Shown here piece after piece: positions 13,093 to 25,614 of a stretch of 64,000 bases of DNA; within the stretch, counting starts at the first letter, position 1, and every line of letters begins with the position of its first letter. Below the pieces are notes generated by a model. That model saw only the letters and a list, made by a program, of their open reading frames with translations. It was not told the origin of the DNA and did not search any database. The translations under genes were made by a program, and so were the position numbers. The stretch lies in the NCBI GenBank assembly GCA_038087875.1, contig CM075996.1:932001-996000 (forward strand), in the 5' to 3' direction. The DNA comes from Malacoraja senta (taxonomy: Eukaryota).

Positions 13093-16000
13093 ATACCTTG
13101 CACAATCTGTCTCAAATTGCTTTACCATTAATAAAGTACATCTGAAATGGAATTTAGATGCATAGCAAGATCCCATAAAATGTAAAGTGACAAACTGTTT
13201 CAATGACCTTGTCTAAATGATAAGTATCAGCCAAGGACACAAGGGAAGAACTCCCAAGAAATATTCTGCTGAGAGAGTGGATGGGGTCTTGGTTTAATAT
13301 TGCATCCGAGTGCAAATCTCAGTTAGTACAGGCTCCAGGAGAATGGGCTGGATTATAGACAGGAGTATTTGGAGGAACTCAGTGATGTCTCTGGGAGGGG
13401 AGGGGTACGGTAAATGGTGGTCACTGAGAAGTTATCCCACCCAGTACTGGAAATCACAATATTTTTGTTTTGGAGATACAGAAAAAGGGCCAGGCACAAG
13501 AGGAACATTATGGTCACATGCCAATGATTTGTCCTTATGTTAAGCGTTCAATTTTCTGGACTTTTTTGCACAGGATCAGTAAAGGCTACCAGAAGTTCTT
13601 GCATTTGGTCATCTGTTATCCTTCTGATTTTAGCCTTTAACTGCTTTCTTGAAGGGGTATTATTTACCCCTGAAATAACCCTAACATTTTGTGCTCTGCT
13701 TGGTTAGGAATATCCTCCACCCTGAGGAGTCATGCATCAAAAATAATATTGTTCGTTGTGTTCCCAAATTTAAAAATTCCAAACTAAAATTTCAGAGCGT
13801 AATTATTAATGTAGGTGAGCAAAAGCTTTGCTGAGAACTAGCTTTCATGGATGTCTTGAAGGAGGAGAGTGCGCTAGATGGGTTTAGGGGACCTGTTGGC
13901 AAATTCCAAAAGTTAGGGCTCAGTCAGCTGAAGTTTCGGCTGCCGGCGGTGGAAGGTTTTAAAATCAGGGATTGCTCAGAAGGCCAGAGGAATGCAAGAA
14001 TTTTGGATTTTAAATCCAAAGGAGCCAGTGTTAAACCAACAGGGTGCTGGTAAGTTGGGCAAGACAAGTTAACAAATGAATCACTGAGTGCAAGCAAAGC
14101 TTTTTTTTTGCCCAGACTCTGAGCCATTCCATTTTAAGTTATAAACTTTTCTAATACTATCCAAGATGTTAAAGAGAAGTGGGCACGTGAGAGAAAAAAT
14201 GCATGTGTGCAGGAGTATGCCCAAGGGTGAGTGAGTGAGACCATGTCCGTGGATGCGCACAGGTGTGATTTTATCACAAGTGGTGCTGCCCCACTGTTGC
14301 TGGGCTCTCTGCTTTGATCTAACCATTCCACTGCTGAGGTCTGAGGGAGAATAAAAAAGAAAAGTTTTATTTGAATGATGTTCTTGCAAGGAGATCCGTG
14401 ACCCTGAACTGGCGCCAGAGCCGAGAATTCTTATCCCATCACTCCTACACTCCTTTTCTCTGTAAATTAATATCAGCAAAAGTAGCCACTTTCTGACATA
14501 TCCAAAATCTTTGAGACTACAACCAATAAAAATTACACTGACCTTTAACCCTTTCCTGCCTCCTGAAAATCAAAGTTTGACGGTCCCAATATCTCACTCT
14601 GACTCTTGTTACTAGAAGTTACAATTAAATTTGAAAATACAGGGGGAGGGATCAGTGAAAGGTGACCCTGAAGATTTTGCCTTTGGTTCACTTACATTGT
14701 AGGGGAATGGAATTTATTGTCCCTTTCTAGTCTGGGCCGTTATACGACTCTAGCCTCCATAAGCTGCTCTGAAATTATTAATTTAAATTATATCAGTACA
14801 ATACATTGCAAATACTCAATTTCAATTTTGGACAAAATGGTGCTGGGTAGAGGTGTGAGTGCCCATACCAGAAGGACTGGAGCAGTTTAAGTTAACTCGT
14901 CATCACCTTCTCACTGGGTAAGTAGGGATGTTGGCTTTGCCACAATAGTTCACATCCTGACGAATACAAGAAAATAAATCCCCATCTACTCCCTGAGATA
15001 CACTTTCGCTTCTTTGAATGTATACGCTAGACAGTGGGAGGATTTGTCCTGTGTCTAAGCAGCATTCCTGTGCCTTACTCTGAGATGACATTGAAGGCAA
15101 GGTTTTTTTTAATTTTTTAATCATGCCGGCACCCATATCTCCGTTGTTCTGGTCTCCCTCGCCTATCCCACCTTCCACTGCTAAACCCACCCAGTCAACA
15201 GCTCCAACCAGTACCAGATGGAGTCAGTAAATGCATCAAATGCTCCCTCAATTTCTGGGTAAAAAGTAGGTGGTAAACAGTTGGCACAGAGTTCGCAAGC
15301 ACAATCAGTAAAAAGTACATGGGGACTTTACCACAGACGGCAATATGTAAATGGCCATGAGTATATCTGTGTGTTGTAAATACCCACCAACACCTTAACA
15401 AATAACATGTATTCACAGATACAGGAACATTCGCAAAAAAACGGACACTAAACCACAACATCAGAATGTGGACAAAAAGTGTGGTCAGAGTTAGGTTTAA
15501 GTACAAAAAGTAGAGAAGGTGGAAAAGTTCCAAGACCCAGGGTCTCAGCAGCTGAAGGCACAACTGTTAGCGGAAGAGTAGTGATGTTTGGTGATGATCA
15601 AGAATTCAAGTAACTCAAAGATCTCGGACTTGGATGAGTTCATGTTTATGGAGATTGGAATGTGGGATGGCAGCCAGGAGAATTCTGGAATAGTTTCGAC
15701 TGGAGGTAACAAAGGCCTTCTCTCTAATTGGGGCTGAGGGAATTTTATTTGGGGGGGGGGGGAAATAAATCTTTTTTCGCTGTTGGACAGAATCACGTTG
15801 CCTGTAGATGAAATAAAGAACCCTTGTCAAAATTTACATTGGAGATTATATTGGCCTTTTGCAGTCTCACAATTAGGCAATTGGTAAACCGCTTAGTTCC
15901 GCGTTCAATAATGTTCTGCTTAGGTCATCCACCTCTCCAATCCAGAATAAAACTCCCAGAATGAAAAAGATGGAGAAGAAATGTGACTGCTGGATTAATG

Positions 16001-16840
16001 GGACTGGACTCCTTCTTTGCCCTAACACCCTCCCTCTTCCTGTGTACCTTTCCTGGTCACGCCCATCTCGCCACATGTACTTGGCCCATCCCAGCCAGGA
16101 GACACAAGGCAGCAATTCAATCCCTGACGACATCACCGACCGCGAGAGGTTTCAGGAATTGTCAGCACGAGCCAGAGATCGGATTTCTGTCTCCAGCTCG
16201 CTGCCAGACGCCAGTTGCACTTTCCCCGATTATAAATAGCTTCAAGTTTATTTTTCAACTGTAGGTTTCATTTCACTGGTGAGCAATTCATATCCCACCC
16301 TAAAATCCCCCCCCCTTTTTTTTTTTTTACCCCTACCCTGTGGTTTTCTCTTGCAAATCAGGAAGCTGGGTGGTCATCTCCCTCTTCCTTCCACAGTGCA
16401 GGCCAATTCCCTGCCTGTTCCCAGGTGGGTAATTGGAGGGGGAAGGATAGGGAAGAGGTTGGCTGGTGGGTTGATGGCTGTTCCGAGAAGGTTAACTGGC
16501 TGGATTCCTTCACCTACCCCACAGGGAGGTATTTCGTTCACACTCTGCACCCCCACCCATCTCAACTGCTTTCCTCAGAACCATGCAACCTCATGAGAAC
16601 CATACTACGGATGGCAACGAGAATTTAGTGACAGCTAGCAGTGCAGAGGTGAGAATTTGCTGCTTCATTGCAACACACTAGTGTGCCATTAGGCAGTTAT
16701 TGTGAAACAAGTCTGCATTTTATACAGCATCTTTGCTGTTGAATGATATTCCCAGGTGTTTCAAAAGTAATCAAACTAAAAAATAAGGTCAGAAATGCAT
16801 TGGGAGATATTAAGGAAGAAAACCAAAAGCTGGATCAAAG

Positions 16841-17045
16841 CTAGACACAAAATGCTGGAGTTACTCAGTGGGACAGGCAGAATGTCCAGAGAGAAGGAAT
16901 GGGTGTCGTTTCGGGTCGAGACTCTTCTTCCCGACCCGAAACGTCACCCATTTCTTCTCTCCAGAGATGCTGCCTGTCCCGCTGAGTTACGCCTGCATTT
17001 TGTGTCTACCTTCGATTTAAACCAGCAACTGCAGATCTTTCCTAC
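16841..17045. mobile_element. Fold-back (inverted-repeat) Penelope-derived element inside the large SOX10 intron
   Basis: Two ~75 bp inverted arms; flanks AGCTGGATCAAAG (16828-16840) and AGCTGAATCAAAG (17046-17058) form a 13 bp TSD with one mismatch. Confidence 0.8.
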
Positions 17046-19543
17046 AGCTGAATCAAAGAGTTGATTGTTAAGTGGTATCTTAAAGGGAGGCACATGTTTT
17101 TTGGGAGGGAATTATTGAGCTTTGGGGCCAGGCGGTAGAAGGCGTGGCCATTAATGAAGGAGCAATTAAATTCTAAAACGATCAAGGGTGCAGAATTAAA
17201 GCAGAGATCTCAGAGGGCTGAAGATATTGAAATAGGGAGGGGCACGATAGTGGCAGATGCGAAAAGGATGACAACTTTTAAATTGGTACATTGGTTAGCT
17301 TGGCACGATGCAATAGACGGACTGCACTTGGTGGCAAGTTAGGACACGAGCAGCAATTTTGGACAAGTTGGGGTTTCTGAAGTATGGAACATGGGAGGCC
17401 AGATGAGATGCAACGGACCTGTTGACTTGGAGAGACACTGCAGATCCGTCATGAGCAGAAAGAACAAACTTCTTCATATCTCAAGTAAGGAGCCAGCACC
17501 CGAACTGAACAAATGTGCCTTTTTTATTTTGAATTTTGAAATACCTTTCATAACTTCAAAGAGCTTTACAGCCAATGAAGTTCTGATGAAATGTAGGAAA
17601 TACTGCAGCAATTTATTTTCTCAGGAACCAGCAATGTACTTTACAAGAGGATTGCTTGACGGTTAAGTATTGACAAGGACAGTATTCTCTGAATAATACA
17701 GCAAGATATTTTACCACTACAAAGGTGATAGATGGAATCTATCTAAAAGACACATCTCCAGCAACACAGCACTCCCTCAGCACTACGCTGGGAATGGTAA
17801 CTTAGTCAGTGGAGACAAATCTGCCAAGGAAGAGAACTAACCCTTGAACCATGGCTTACATCGTGTAGACAGCAGCACGTACAAATGAGGATAGAAAGGC
17901 AAGAGGGTAAAAGACCCTTAGATGATTGAACCAGTCGCAATCATTTGGTTCTTCGCTATCAGAATTGGCAGAACACCATGCAATACTCATCAAGAACTCT
18001 CAATGGATTTTTATCAGCCGAAATGTCAGATCAAAGGCAAAGACCTCCTCTGCATCAACAAGACCACCAGCTCCTCTGAGCACCTCCAATATGCACCGCT
18101 CAGTGTCCCGGGTCGAGGGAGCAAGCGGCCGAGTTTGTGGCTACTAGCACAAACCCTATGAAACCAGCCACACCACAACCTCCCAGTGTCCAAACAACCT
18201 TTATCTCCACTTGAAGCTGGAATCTTCCCCATCCACAACATCTGCTGCTAATGGAACATTACTCAAATGAATTGGCATTGCCACCATTGAATTCACAACC
18301 AATTTATACAGAGTGATGGAACCAAGGGGTGATCTTCACCATGTCTTGCAGTATTCATTGTACTCATATCTTCAACACATTATCCACCTCTCCCTCATAT
18401 CAAGCCTGTTTCTTAGCCGTTCTTTCTCTATATACAATTAAGTTTTTCTTGCGCTGACATTTCCATCTGTTACTCTACCCTGTGCGTTTCGGACTACCTT
18501 CCCCCCCACCCCCACCCATCTCAGTATTCACGAATAATTTTCCGAATAATCTGCTCTTTCCTCTTCCTCGCATCATTTTTTTTCTTCCGCACAGTCAAGG
18601 TCTTGTTATACTCCTTGCTCTCCCATACATTTCAAGTTCTGCCCATCTCTTTAACCCGCTCTGCCTACATAAATTTTGAACTTGTCATTTATCCAATGTC
18701 TCCAGATTCTCTGTTTCCCCATTCATCCTCTCCTATTTCTCCCTCATTCCTATCCATCGCTTTAATCATCTAATGCCCCCGTATCTCATTCGGTCCATCT
18801 TTAGTTATCTTTCTCATTTTGTCTCCCACACATCTAAATCCAAGCATTGAAAGCAAAGATTGTCACCAGATCTTTTTCCTGACATTATGTCCCATTTCAC
18901 CGTGGAAAGATTGTAAGGAGGGAATTTTCACAGCTTGAAAGAGACAAGAGCATTCACAACCAATAGCTTTTCCTACCAAGTACAGTACCATCCAGTGATT
19001 CAAATTAACTTGCAACTCTTTTGTCCAACTTATTTTATTGAACAGTAAGTAATTCTTTGACCAACCAGTTAAAACATTTAAAAACAGCAAGTCAACAGTT
19101 CTTGAAAAATGAATTAGCACACGCAGATATGCAAGAGAAAAAACCCAGGAATTGTAAGAGACATTTCTTTGTATCTTTGTATTTCCATCGTTTGCATCGT
19201 TTACATTTACATACCGGAGTCAGTAGATAGACCGACTGAATTTAAAGAATTCCGATAAAACCAGGCCGAATATTTTAACTCCTACTCCCCCTCCAAGTCA
19301 TGGTTTTTACATATTTTATGTGCCTTAACAACATATAGCTGAAAAATATGATACTAAATCCAGAATTTAAAAAACCGTCATGAAAATAAGGGAAGATATT
19401 TATTATTGTAACAGTGCAACAAGTGCGTAATAGCGTCTGATTTTTAGTTGAGAGTTTGTTAATGATGGTGGATCGGTGTGTTAAGTAAATTGCGATTCTC
19501 GGGGGGACTGAGGGTTTGTTTTTATACACACTCAAGGACTCAC

Positions 19544-19935
19544 CTCCAGAGTTTGCCTAGTGTTTTGCTGAGCTCTGCATTGTGCAGATGTGGGTACTGA
19601 TCTGCCAACTTTCTCCGTGCCGCCTGAGCCCATACCATGAAAGCATTCATGGGTCTCTTCACATGAGGTTTGCTCTTGGAGGATCCGTTGACTCTGACAG
19701 GCATGGGAACCAGAGTCCAGTCGTAGCCTTCCAAGACTTGGCTCACAGCCTCTCTGATGCACAGGGGAAACTTGTCTTCCTCGCTCTCTCGCTTCCCACT
19801 CCCCTCCTCGTTGCCAGCCTGAAATTGAGACTTCTCTTCCCCATCCGCCGCAAAGGATGAGCTGGGGGATAGGACCGAGTCACTCTCAGAGCCTCTCGGG
19901 CTAGCCACGTCTGATACACTGCGATCATCCGTCAT
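19544..19935 (-). CDS. SOX10: SOX10 first coding exon (SoxE dimerisation domain and N-terminal half of HMG box)
   Basis: Translates MTDDRS...[85 protein letters not shown] is the SOX10-type motif (SOX9 has SKNKPHV). Ends TGG AG|GTGAGT, a phase-2 donor at the conserved SoxE HMG intron position; 392 nt. Confidence 0.95.
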
Positions 19936-20475
19936 TCTCTTTTTCCAATTTTCCCCCTCTCTTTAAAAACAAAACCCGGAATTTTATGATTGCTAATGGT
20001 AAACAAAAATGAAACAATGATTGTTCGCTCTTCCAGGTTCACACACAAAAAAAGTCTGCAGACACACAGAACGGGAGTGGGGTGGTGGGGGGGGGAAGAG
20101 AAAAAAAAAAGCGCTTTTTAAAGTTGTCAAACTTGTTTTTGCGAGTTAAGATTTGTCAAAGTTAGATCGTAACGTATCCACAAAATTCTCCGACAAAAAA
20201 CTTCTCAGGAAAACTTTTTTTTTTTTTTTTTTAAGTTTGTTTTCCCTGATTTACAGTGAGGCTTTTTTTTAAATTAAAAAAAAAAAAAGGGTTTTGTTTA
20301 ATTTACAAAAAAGAAAGCCGTGCAAATGATTCTGCTGCAGTAACTCTCCGCTCGGTTGGAGATCCGTGGTGTTTGCACAACTATACAACAAGCAAAGAAA
20401 AAATAATCAGCGCTGCTGTCTGAAACTCACGTGAAATATGACCAAAGGAAACTTTGGAACACACTGCGCCCTTCC

Positions 20476-20556
20476 TTTAAATATGATGCTCGACCCCACC
20501 GCGCAACTTCTCACTTCCATTGGCCAAACTCTCTGATAGACCTCTACATCCATTGG
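20476..20556 (-). promoter_or_regulatory. Candidate SOX10 core promoter: TATA-like box and two CCAAT boxes
   Basis: Minus-strand TATTTAAA at 20476-20483 and CCAAT at 20519-20523 and 20552-20556, correctly oriented about 540-620 nt upstream of the ATG in repeat-free sequence. Confidence 0.55.
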
Positions 20557-21069
20557 CTTCTCTCCCCCTGACTGGGAGGGACCCATGCCTGACTCCTCCC
20601 GTGGGATGAAAGGCGTTGATCTGGAGGAATTAGCAAAAAAAAGTTTTAAGGAAGCTTTGGGATTTAGGGAGAAAAAAACGAGAGTGAGAGAGAGAGAGAG
20701 AGAAATAAATATATGCCCAAAGCATGCAGTGCAAACATTTGTGACTTTTGGTATTTTAAAACTGTTTCTATCAAGATCTGAACTATTAAGTCAGCAGGTG
20801 AATGCTGCTAATTGGATTTGAAGTGATCTTTTGGACTGGTGCCCCCAGACCCAGTGTATTCTATAGTCCTTGGATCATCAACGCTTGAGGCAATCACAGC
20901 ATGATCTCCATTCCTGCTCTTTTCTGGAACGTTAGATGGTTTAAAGGGGACTAAAGCTTTGGGAGATCTAACTTCAAGCCTGATATTTGCAATATATATT
21001 TGATGATAAGGCAAGGTTGGTGGGCACGATATCAGTACAAACTTTGTTATAGTCACAGATCGCAAGAGA

Positions 21070-22390
21070 TATAGAGCAGGGAAACATGCTCTTTGAGTCA
21101 CTGAGTCTGTGCCTGCCATCAAGCACACATTTACACAAATCTAACTTCATTCCCATCAACTCCACACCATTCTACCACTCACCTGCACTCTAGAAGCAAT
21201 TTACAGTGACCAATTAACCATACCATTCAGCACTACAATGGGTTGTGCGAGGAAACCAGAGAAAAATCACATAGTATAGATACATAGATACATAGAAAAT
21301 AGGTGCAGGAGTAGGCCATTCGGCCCTTCGAGCCTGCATCGCCATTCAATATGATCATGGCTGATCATCCAACTCAGTATCCCGTACCTGCCTTCTCTCC
21401 ATACCCCCTGATCCCTTTAGCCACAAGGGTCACATCTAACTCCCTCTTAAATATAGCCAATGAACTGGCCTCAACTACCCTCTGTGGCAGAGAGTTCCAG
21501 AGATTCACCACTCTCTGCGTGAAAAAGTTTTTCCTCATCTCGGTCTTAAAGGATTCCCCCCTTATCCTTAAGCTGTGACCCCTTGTCCTAGACTTCCCCA
21601 ACATCGGGAACAATCTTCCTGCATCTAGCCTGTCCAACCCCATAAGAATTTTGTACGTTTCTATAAGATCCCCTCTCAATCTCCTAAATTCTAGCGAGTA
21701 TAAGCCAAGTCTATCCAGTCTTTCTTCATATGAAAGTCCTGACATCCTAGGAATCAGTCTGGTGAACCTTCTCTGCACTCCCTCTATGGCTATAATGTCC
21801 TTCCTCAGATTTGGAGACCAAAACTGTACGCAATACTCCAGGTGTGGTCTCACCAAGACCCTGTACAACTGCAGTAGAACCTCCCTGCTCCTATACTCAA
21901 ATCCTCTTGCTATGAAGGCCAACATACCATTCGCTTTCTTCACTGCCTGCTGCACCTGCATGCCTACTTTCAATGACTGGTGTACCATGACACCCAGGTC
22001 TCGCTGCATCTCCCCATTTCCTAATCGTCCACCATTTAGATAATAGTCTACCTTCCCGTTTTTGCCACCAAAGTGGATAACCTCACATTTATCCACATTA
22101 TACTGCATCTGCCAAACATTTGCCCACTCACCCAGCCTATCCAAGTCACCTTGCAGTCTCCTAGCATCCTCCTCACAGCTAACACTGCCCCCCAGCTTAG
22201 TGTCATCCGCAAACTTGGAGATGTTGCTTTCAATTCCCTCGTCCAGATCATTAATATAAATTGTAAATAGCTGGGGTCACAGGCAGAACATGCAAACTCC
22301 ACACTCCAAACTCTGTCAGCTCTGGGAGGTCAAGATTTAACCTGGTCGTGCAAGCTGTGAGGCAAGAGCTCTGCTAACTGTACCACTGTG
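21070..22390 (-). mobile_element. HE1/V-SINE-like SINE split by the CR1 insertion at 21280-22277
   Basis: SINE-like segments at about 21070-21270 and 22277-22390 (cagaacatgcaaactccacac is the reverse complement of the V-domain-like motif) lie on either side of the LINE. Confidence 0.55.
21280..22277 (-). mobile_element. 5'-truncated young CR1/HER1-like LINE (RT C-terminus and 3' UTR)
   Basis: Open frame of about 300 codons from LFTIYINDLDEGIESNISKFADDTKLGG through LVRPHLEYCVQFWSP to GIRGYGEKAGTGY*; microsatellite-like tail. Confidence 0.95.
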
Positions 22391-22609
22391 CTTCTCCAAA
22401 AAATGTGCAGCTTATATTAGCATCTTGCCTTCCTTTTGCCTTTGTGAGTGCGAGAAAATGATGTCTACTCATGGGTTCATCTGCTCTGGTTTAGATCACA
22501 TTGTGTTTCTTCAGTCAAAAGCCAGTGGGTTGAGGCTCACTCACTGTTGTCAACCATAATAATAATAATTCAACATACAGAAAAGAGATTGGAAGCTTTG
22601 CGTCATGAT

Positions 22610-23200
22610 GTCAGAACAACTCTTCACACCAACAAGGGGAAAGAGTTGTTTGTTGACCGAAAGAAGCAGGAAGGTGAACACAACCCTGTCACCATCAGCA
22701 GAGCTGCTGTAGAGATGGTTAACAGCTTCAGGTTCCTTGGCATCCATATCACCAGCAACCGGAACTGGTCCCTTCTCTCTAATGTGCGATCAAGAAAGCA
22801 CACCAGCATATTTACATTCTTGGGTTCCTGAGAAGATTGGGCATGTTCATGAGTATTCTCTTCAACGTCTGCAAATGGGCTATAGAAAATATCCTGACAA
22901 GATCATCAACAGCTGGCAACAGCTCTGCTCTTGACCATCTAAACCTGCAGAGAGTGGGAAACACCTACCGGTCCATTGCAGACTCATCACCTCCTTACAT
23001 CCAGTCCATCTTAACAGTGCAATGCATCAAGAAGGCTGGAAGTATCATCAAAGGTGTCTGCCACCCTGACCATTCCTTTTTCTCTCTTCAACTTTATGGG
23101 TGACGATACAGAAGCTTAAAAGCCCGGTTGTCCAGATTTAAGAACAGCTTCTTCCCCACTGCCATCGGACTCCTAAACCAATCATTTATTTCACGCCCCC
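22610..23200 (+). mobile_element. Degenerate Rex1/Babar-like LINE fragment
   Basis: VEMVNSFRFLGIHITSN...SRFKNSFFPTAIGLLN motifs. Confidence 0.75.
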
Positions 23201-23280
23201 TTTGGTATACTCCAACATACTTTGGTATACTCCAACATACTTTGAAATACTCCAACATATTTTGGTATATTCCAACATGC
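23200..23280 (+). repeat. Tandem repeat, ~20 bp unit TTTGGTATACTCCAACATAC, about 4 copies
   Basis: Read directly. Confidence 0.85.
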
Positions 23281-23609
23281 CACACACTCTTACTCTTAAC
23301 TCTACATCATTCAGTTATTCTATTTTTGTACTTTAATACTTTTTTGCCTTGCTCAGATTTTGCACTACAAACTTTGCACCTCTCTGCTGTTTTGTATTTA
23401 TCGTTATACCTATCATTATGTATACTGTACATGGGTTTTATGCAACAACAAAAAAAATTATGGTATATATGACTAATCTGAATCAAGTTGGTCATTCCAG
23501 GACAGTGTTGCTGGAATGTTGCACTGTCTAAAGTGCTGTTTTTGGAATGGGCTGTGAAACCAAGGACGTGCTGTGCTCTGGGGTGGATGTTAAACATCTC
23601 ATAGCACTT

Positions 23610-23915
23610 GGGGTGCAGCGGTTAGTGCTGTTGTCTCACAGTTCCAGAGACCCAGGTTTGATTATTGTATTGGGTGGTGCATCTGTGGTGTTTGCATGTT
23701 CTCCCAATGACTACATGGGTTTCTCTGGGTACTTTGGTATACTCAACATGCCACAGATGTGCTGGTTGCTAGGTTTTTTGTCTCTAGCGTTTGTGTTGGT
23801 AGATCAGTTAGGGGGTCGGGATGCAAGAGGAATAATTGGGATTAGTCCAGAAGGGTTCTTGGTAGCATGGATGCAGTGGGCTGAAGCATTTGTTTCTGTG
23901 CTGTTATTTTATGAC
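23610..23915 (+). mobile_element. Degenerate HE1/V-SINE-like SINE
   Basis: tRNA-like head ggtgcagcggttagtgctgttgtctcacag and gtgtttgcatgttctccc motif. Confidence 0.6.
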
Positions 23916-24094
23916 TATGTTGAAGAAAAAGCAGGAAAGTTCTCTTTGGCATCCTAGCTAATTGTTATCCCTTGACCAATGTCTCTTAAAAAAGCTACCA
24001 TGATGCTATTGGTGGAATCGTGTTGTCATGTATCGTACAGCTCAAAGTGACTATTTCAGAAATATCAATGCTCATGAACTGCTTCCTGAGGTTG

Positions 24095-24410
24095 AAACAT
24101 AGAAACATAGAAAATAGGTGCAGGAGGAGACCATTCGGCACTTCGAGACAGCACCGCCATTCTTTGCGATCATGGCTGATCATCACCAATCAATAACCCG
24201 TGCCTGCCTTCTCCCCATATCCCTTGATTCCACTAGCCCCTAGAGCTCTATCTAAATCTCTCTTAAATGCATCCAGAGATTTGGTCTCCACTGCCCTCTG
24301 TGGCAGGGAATTCCACAAATCCACAACTCTCTGGGTGAAAAAGTTTTTTCTCACCGCAGTCTTAAATGGCCTCCCCTTTATTCTAAGACTGTGGCCCCTG
24401 GTTCTGGTTC
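24095..24410 (-). mobile_element. CR1 LINE 3' end
   Basis: TRTRGHSLRIKGRPFKTAVRKNFFTQRVVDLWNSLPQ...GYGEKAGTGY* plus 3' UTR. Confidence 0.9.
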
Positions 24411-24589
24411 TGGTAGTGACAGTTGCTGCAGAAATGTATGTCTTTACCTTTGTATTAAACTGTCCTAAATTGCATGCACACCCTTCTCTCCAATCCATTC
24501 TCCACTATTGTTGCAATACAGAAGGAAGCCATTAGCCCACTGAGTCTATCGCAAAGCCATCCAATCTATCGCATTCCTCTTTTACCACG

Positions 24590-25285
24590 AAGTAGAGATG
24601 GTTGAAAACTTCAAATTCCTAGGAGTCAATATCACTAACAACTTCTCCTGGACCACCCATATTGAAGCAACGACCAAGAAAGCACACCAATGCCTCTACT
24701 TCCTTAGGAGGCTTAGGAAGTTTTGCATGTCCCGTACAACGCTCACCAACTTCTACAGATGCACCATAGAAAGCATTTTATCAGGATGCATCACAGCTTG
24801 GTTTGGGAACAGCTCCATCCAAGATCGCAAGAAATTGCAGCGAATTGTGGCGCAGCCCAGGCCATTACACAAACCAACCTCCCTTCTATTGACTCAATTT
24901 ATACCTCACGCTGACTCGGCAAGACCAGCAGCAGAATCAAGGATGAGTCGTACCCTGGCCACTCCCTCTTCTACCCTCTCCCATCAGGCAAAAGTGTGAA
25001 AACGCACACCACCAGATTCAGGGACAGTTTCTTCCCAGCTGTTATCAGGCAACTGAATCATCCTACCACAACCAGAGAGCAGTTCTGAACTACTATCTAC
25101 CTCTTTGCTCGGACTTTGCTGGCTTTACCTTGCACTATACATTATTCCCTTATCATGTATCTACACACTGTAAATGGTTCGATTGTAATCATGCTGAGTG
25201 GCTGGTCTGCCGACTGGTTAACACACAACATAAGCTTTTCACTGTACTTCGGTACATGTGACAATAAACTAAACTGAACTGTACT
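24590..25285 (+). mobile_element. Rex1/Babar-like LINE 3' fragment
   Basis: VENFKFLGVNITNNFSWTTHIEATTKKAHQCLYFLRRLRKF...YRCTIESILSGCITAWFGN; tail gtgacaataaactaaactgaac. Confidence 0.85.
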
Positions 25286-25614
25286 GATGAAGTTCACTCA
25301 CAATGGTTATTCAAATTGTGTTTTTAAATTCTATTTCCACCATCTTTGCCACTTTCATGACTGCTATCTACAGTACGTTGAAAAAGATTTATCATAATCG
25401 CCCTCTTTATTTTAGCCAAACTTCTAAATGTGTGTCCTTTAGTCTTTGGACAATATTCTAATGGAACATCATCCTTCGAAGTACTCTTTCTAACCCAGTC
25501 ATGATTTTCTACAAGAACTGAAAAGCATAAAACTGCATTTATACTGGTAGTATGAGTGTAAGTGGCATGGAGGAAGTTGGCAGGCCAATAAAGGTTCCAG
25601 TGAATGGTAAAAAA

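Noticed and set aside
7434..19935. Assignment as SOX9 or SOX8
   Set aside because: [32 protein letters not shown] and [12 protein letters not shown] match SOX10; there is no SOX9 PQA-rich tract.
20013..20025. SOX10 dimer site ACAATgATTGT in the leader
   Set aside because: The half-sites are separated by only 1 bp, shorter than the usual SoxE dimer spacing; kept only as possible monomer sites.
21374..22144. 256 aa RT-like ORF as a host or domesticated gene
   Set aside because: 5'-truncated CR1 copy with the standard 3' tail and near-identical siblings in the window.
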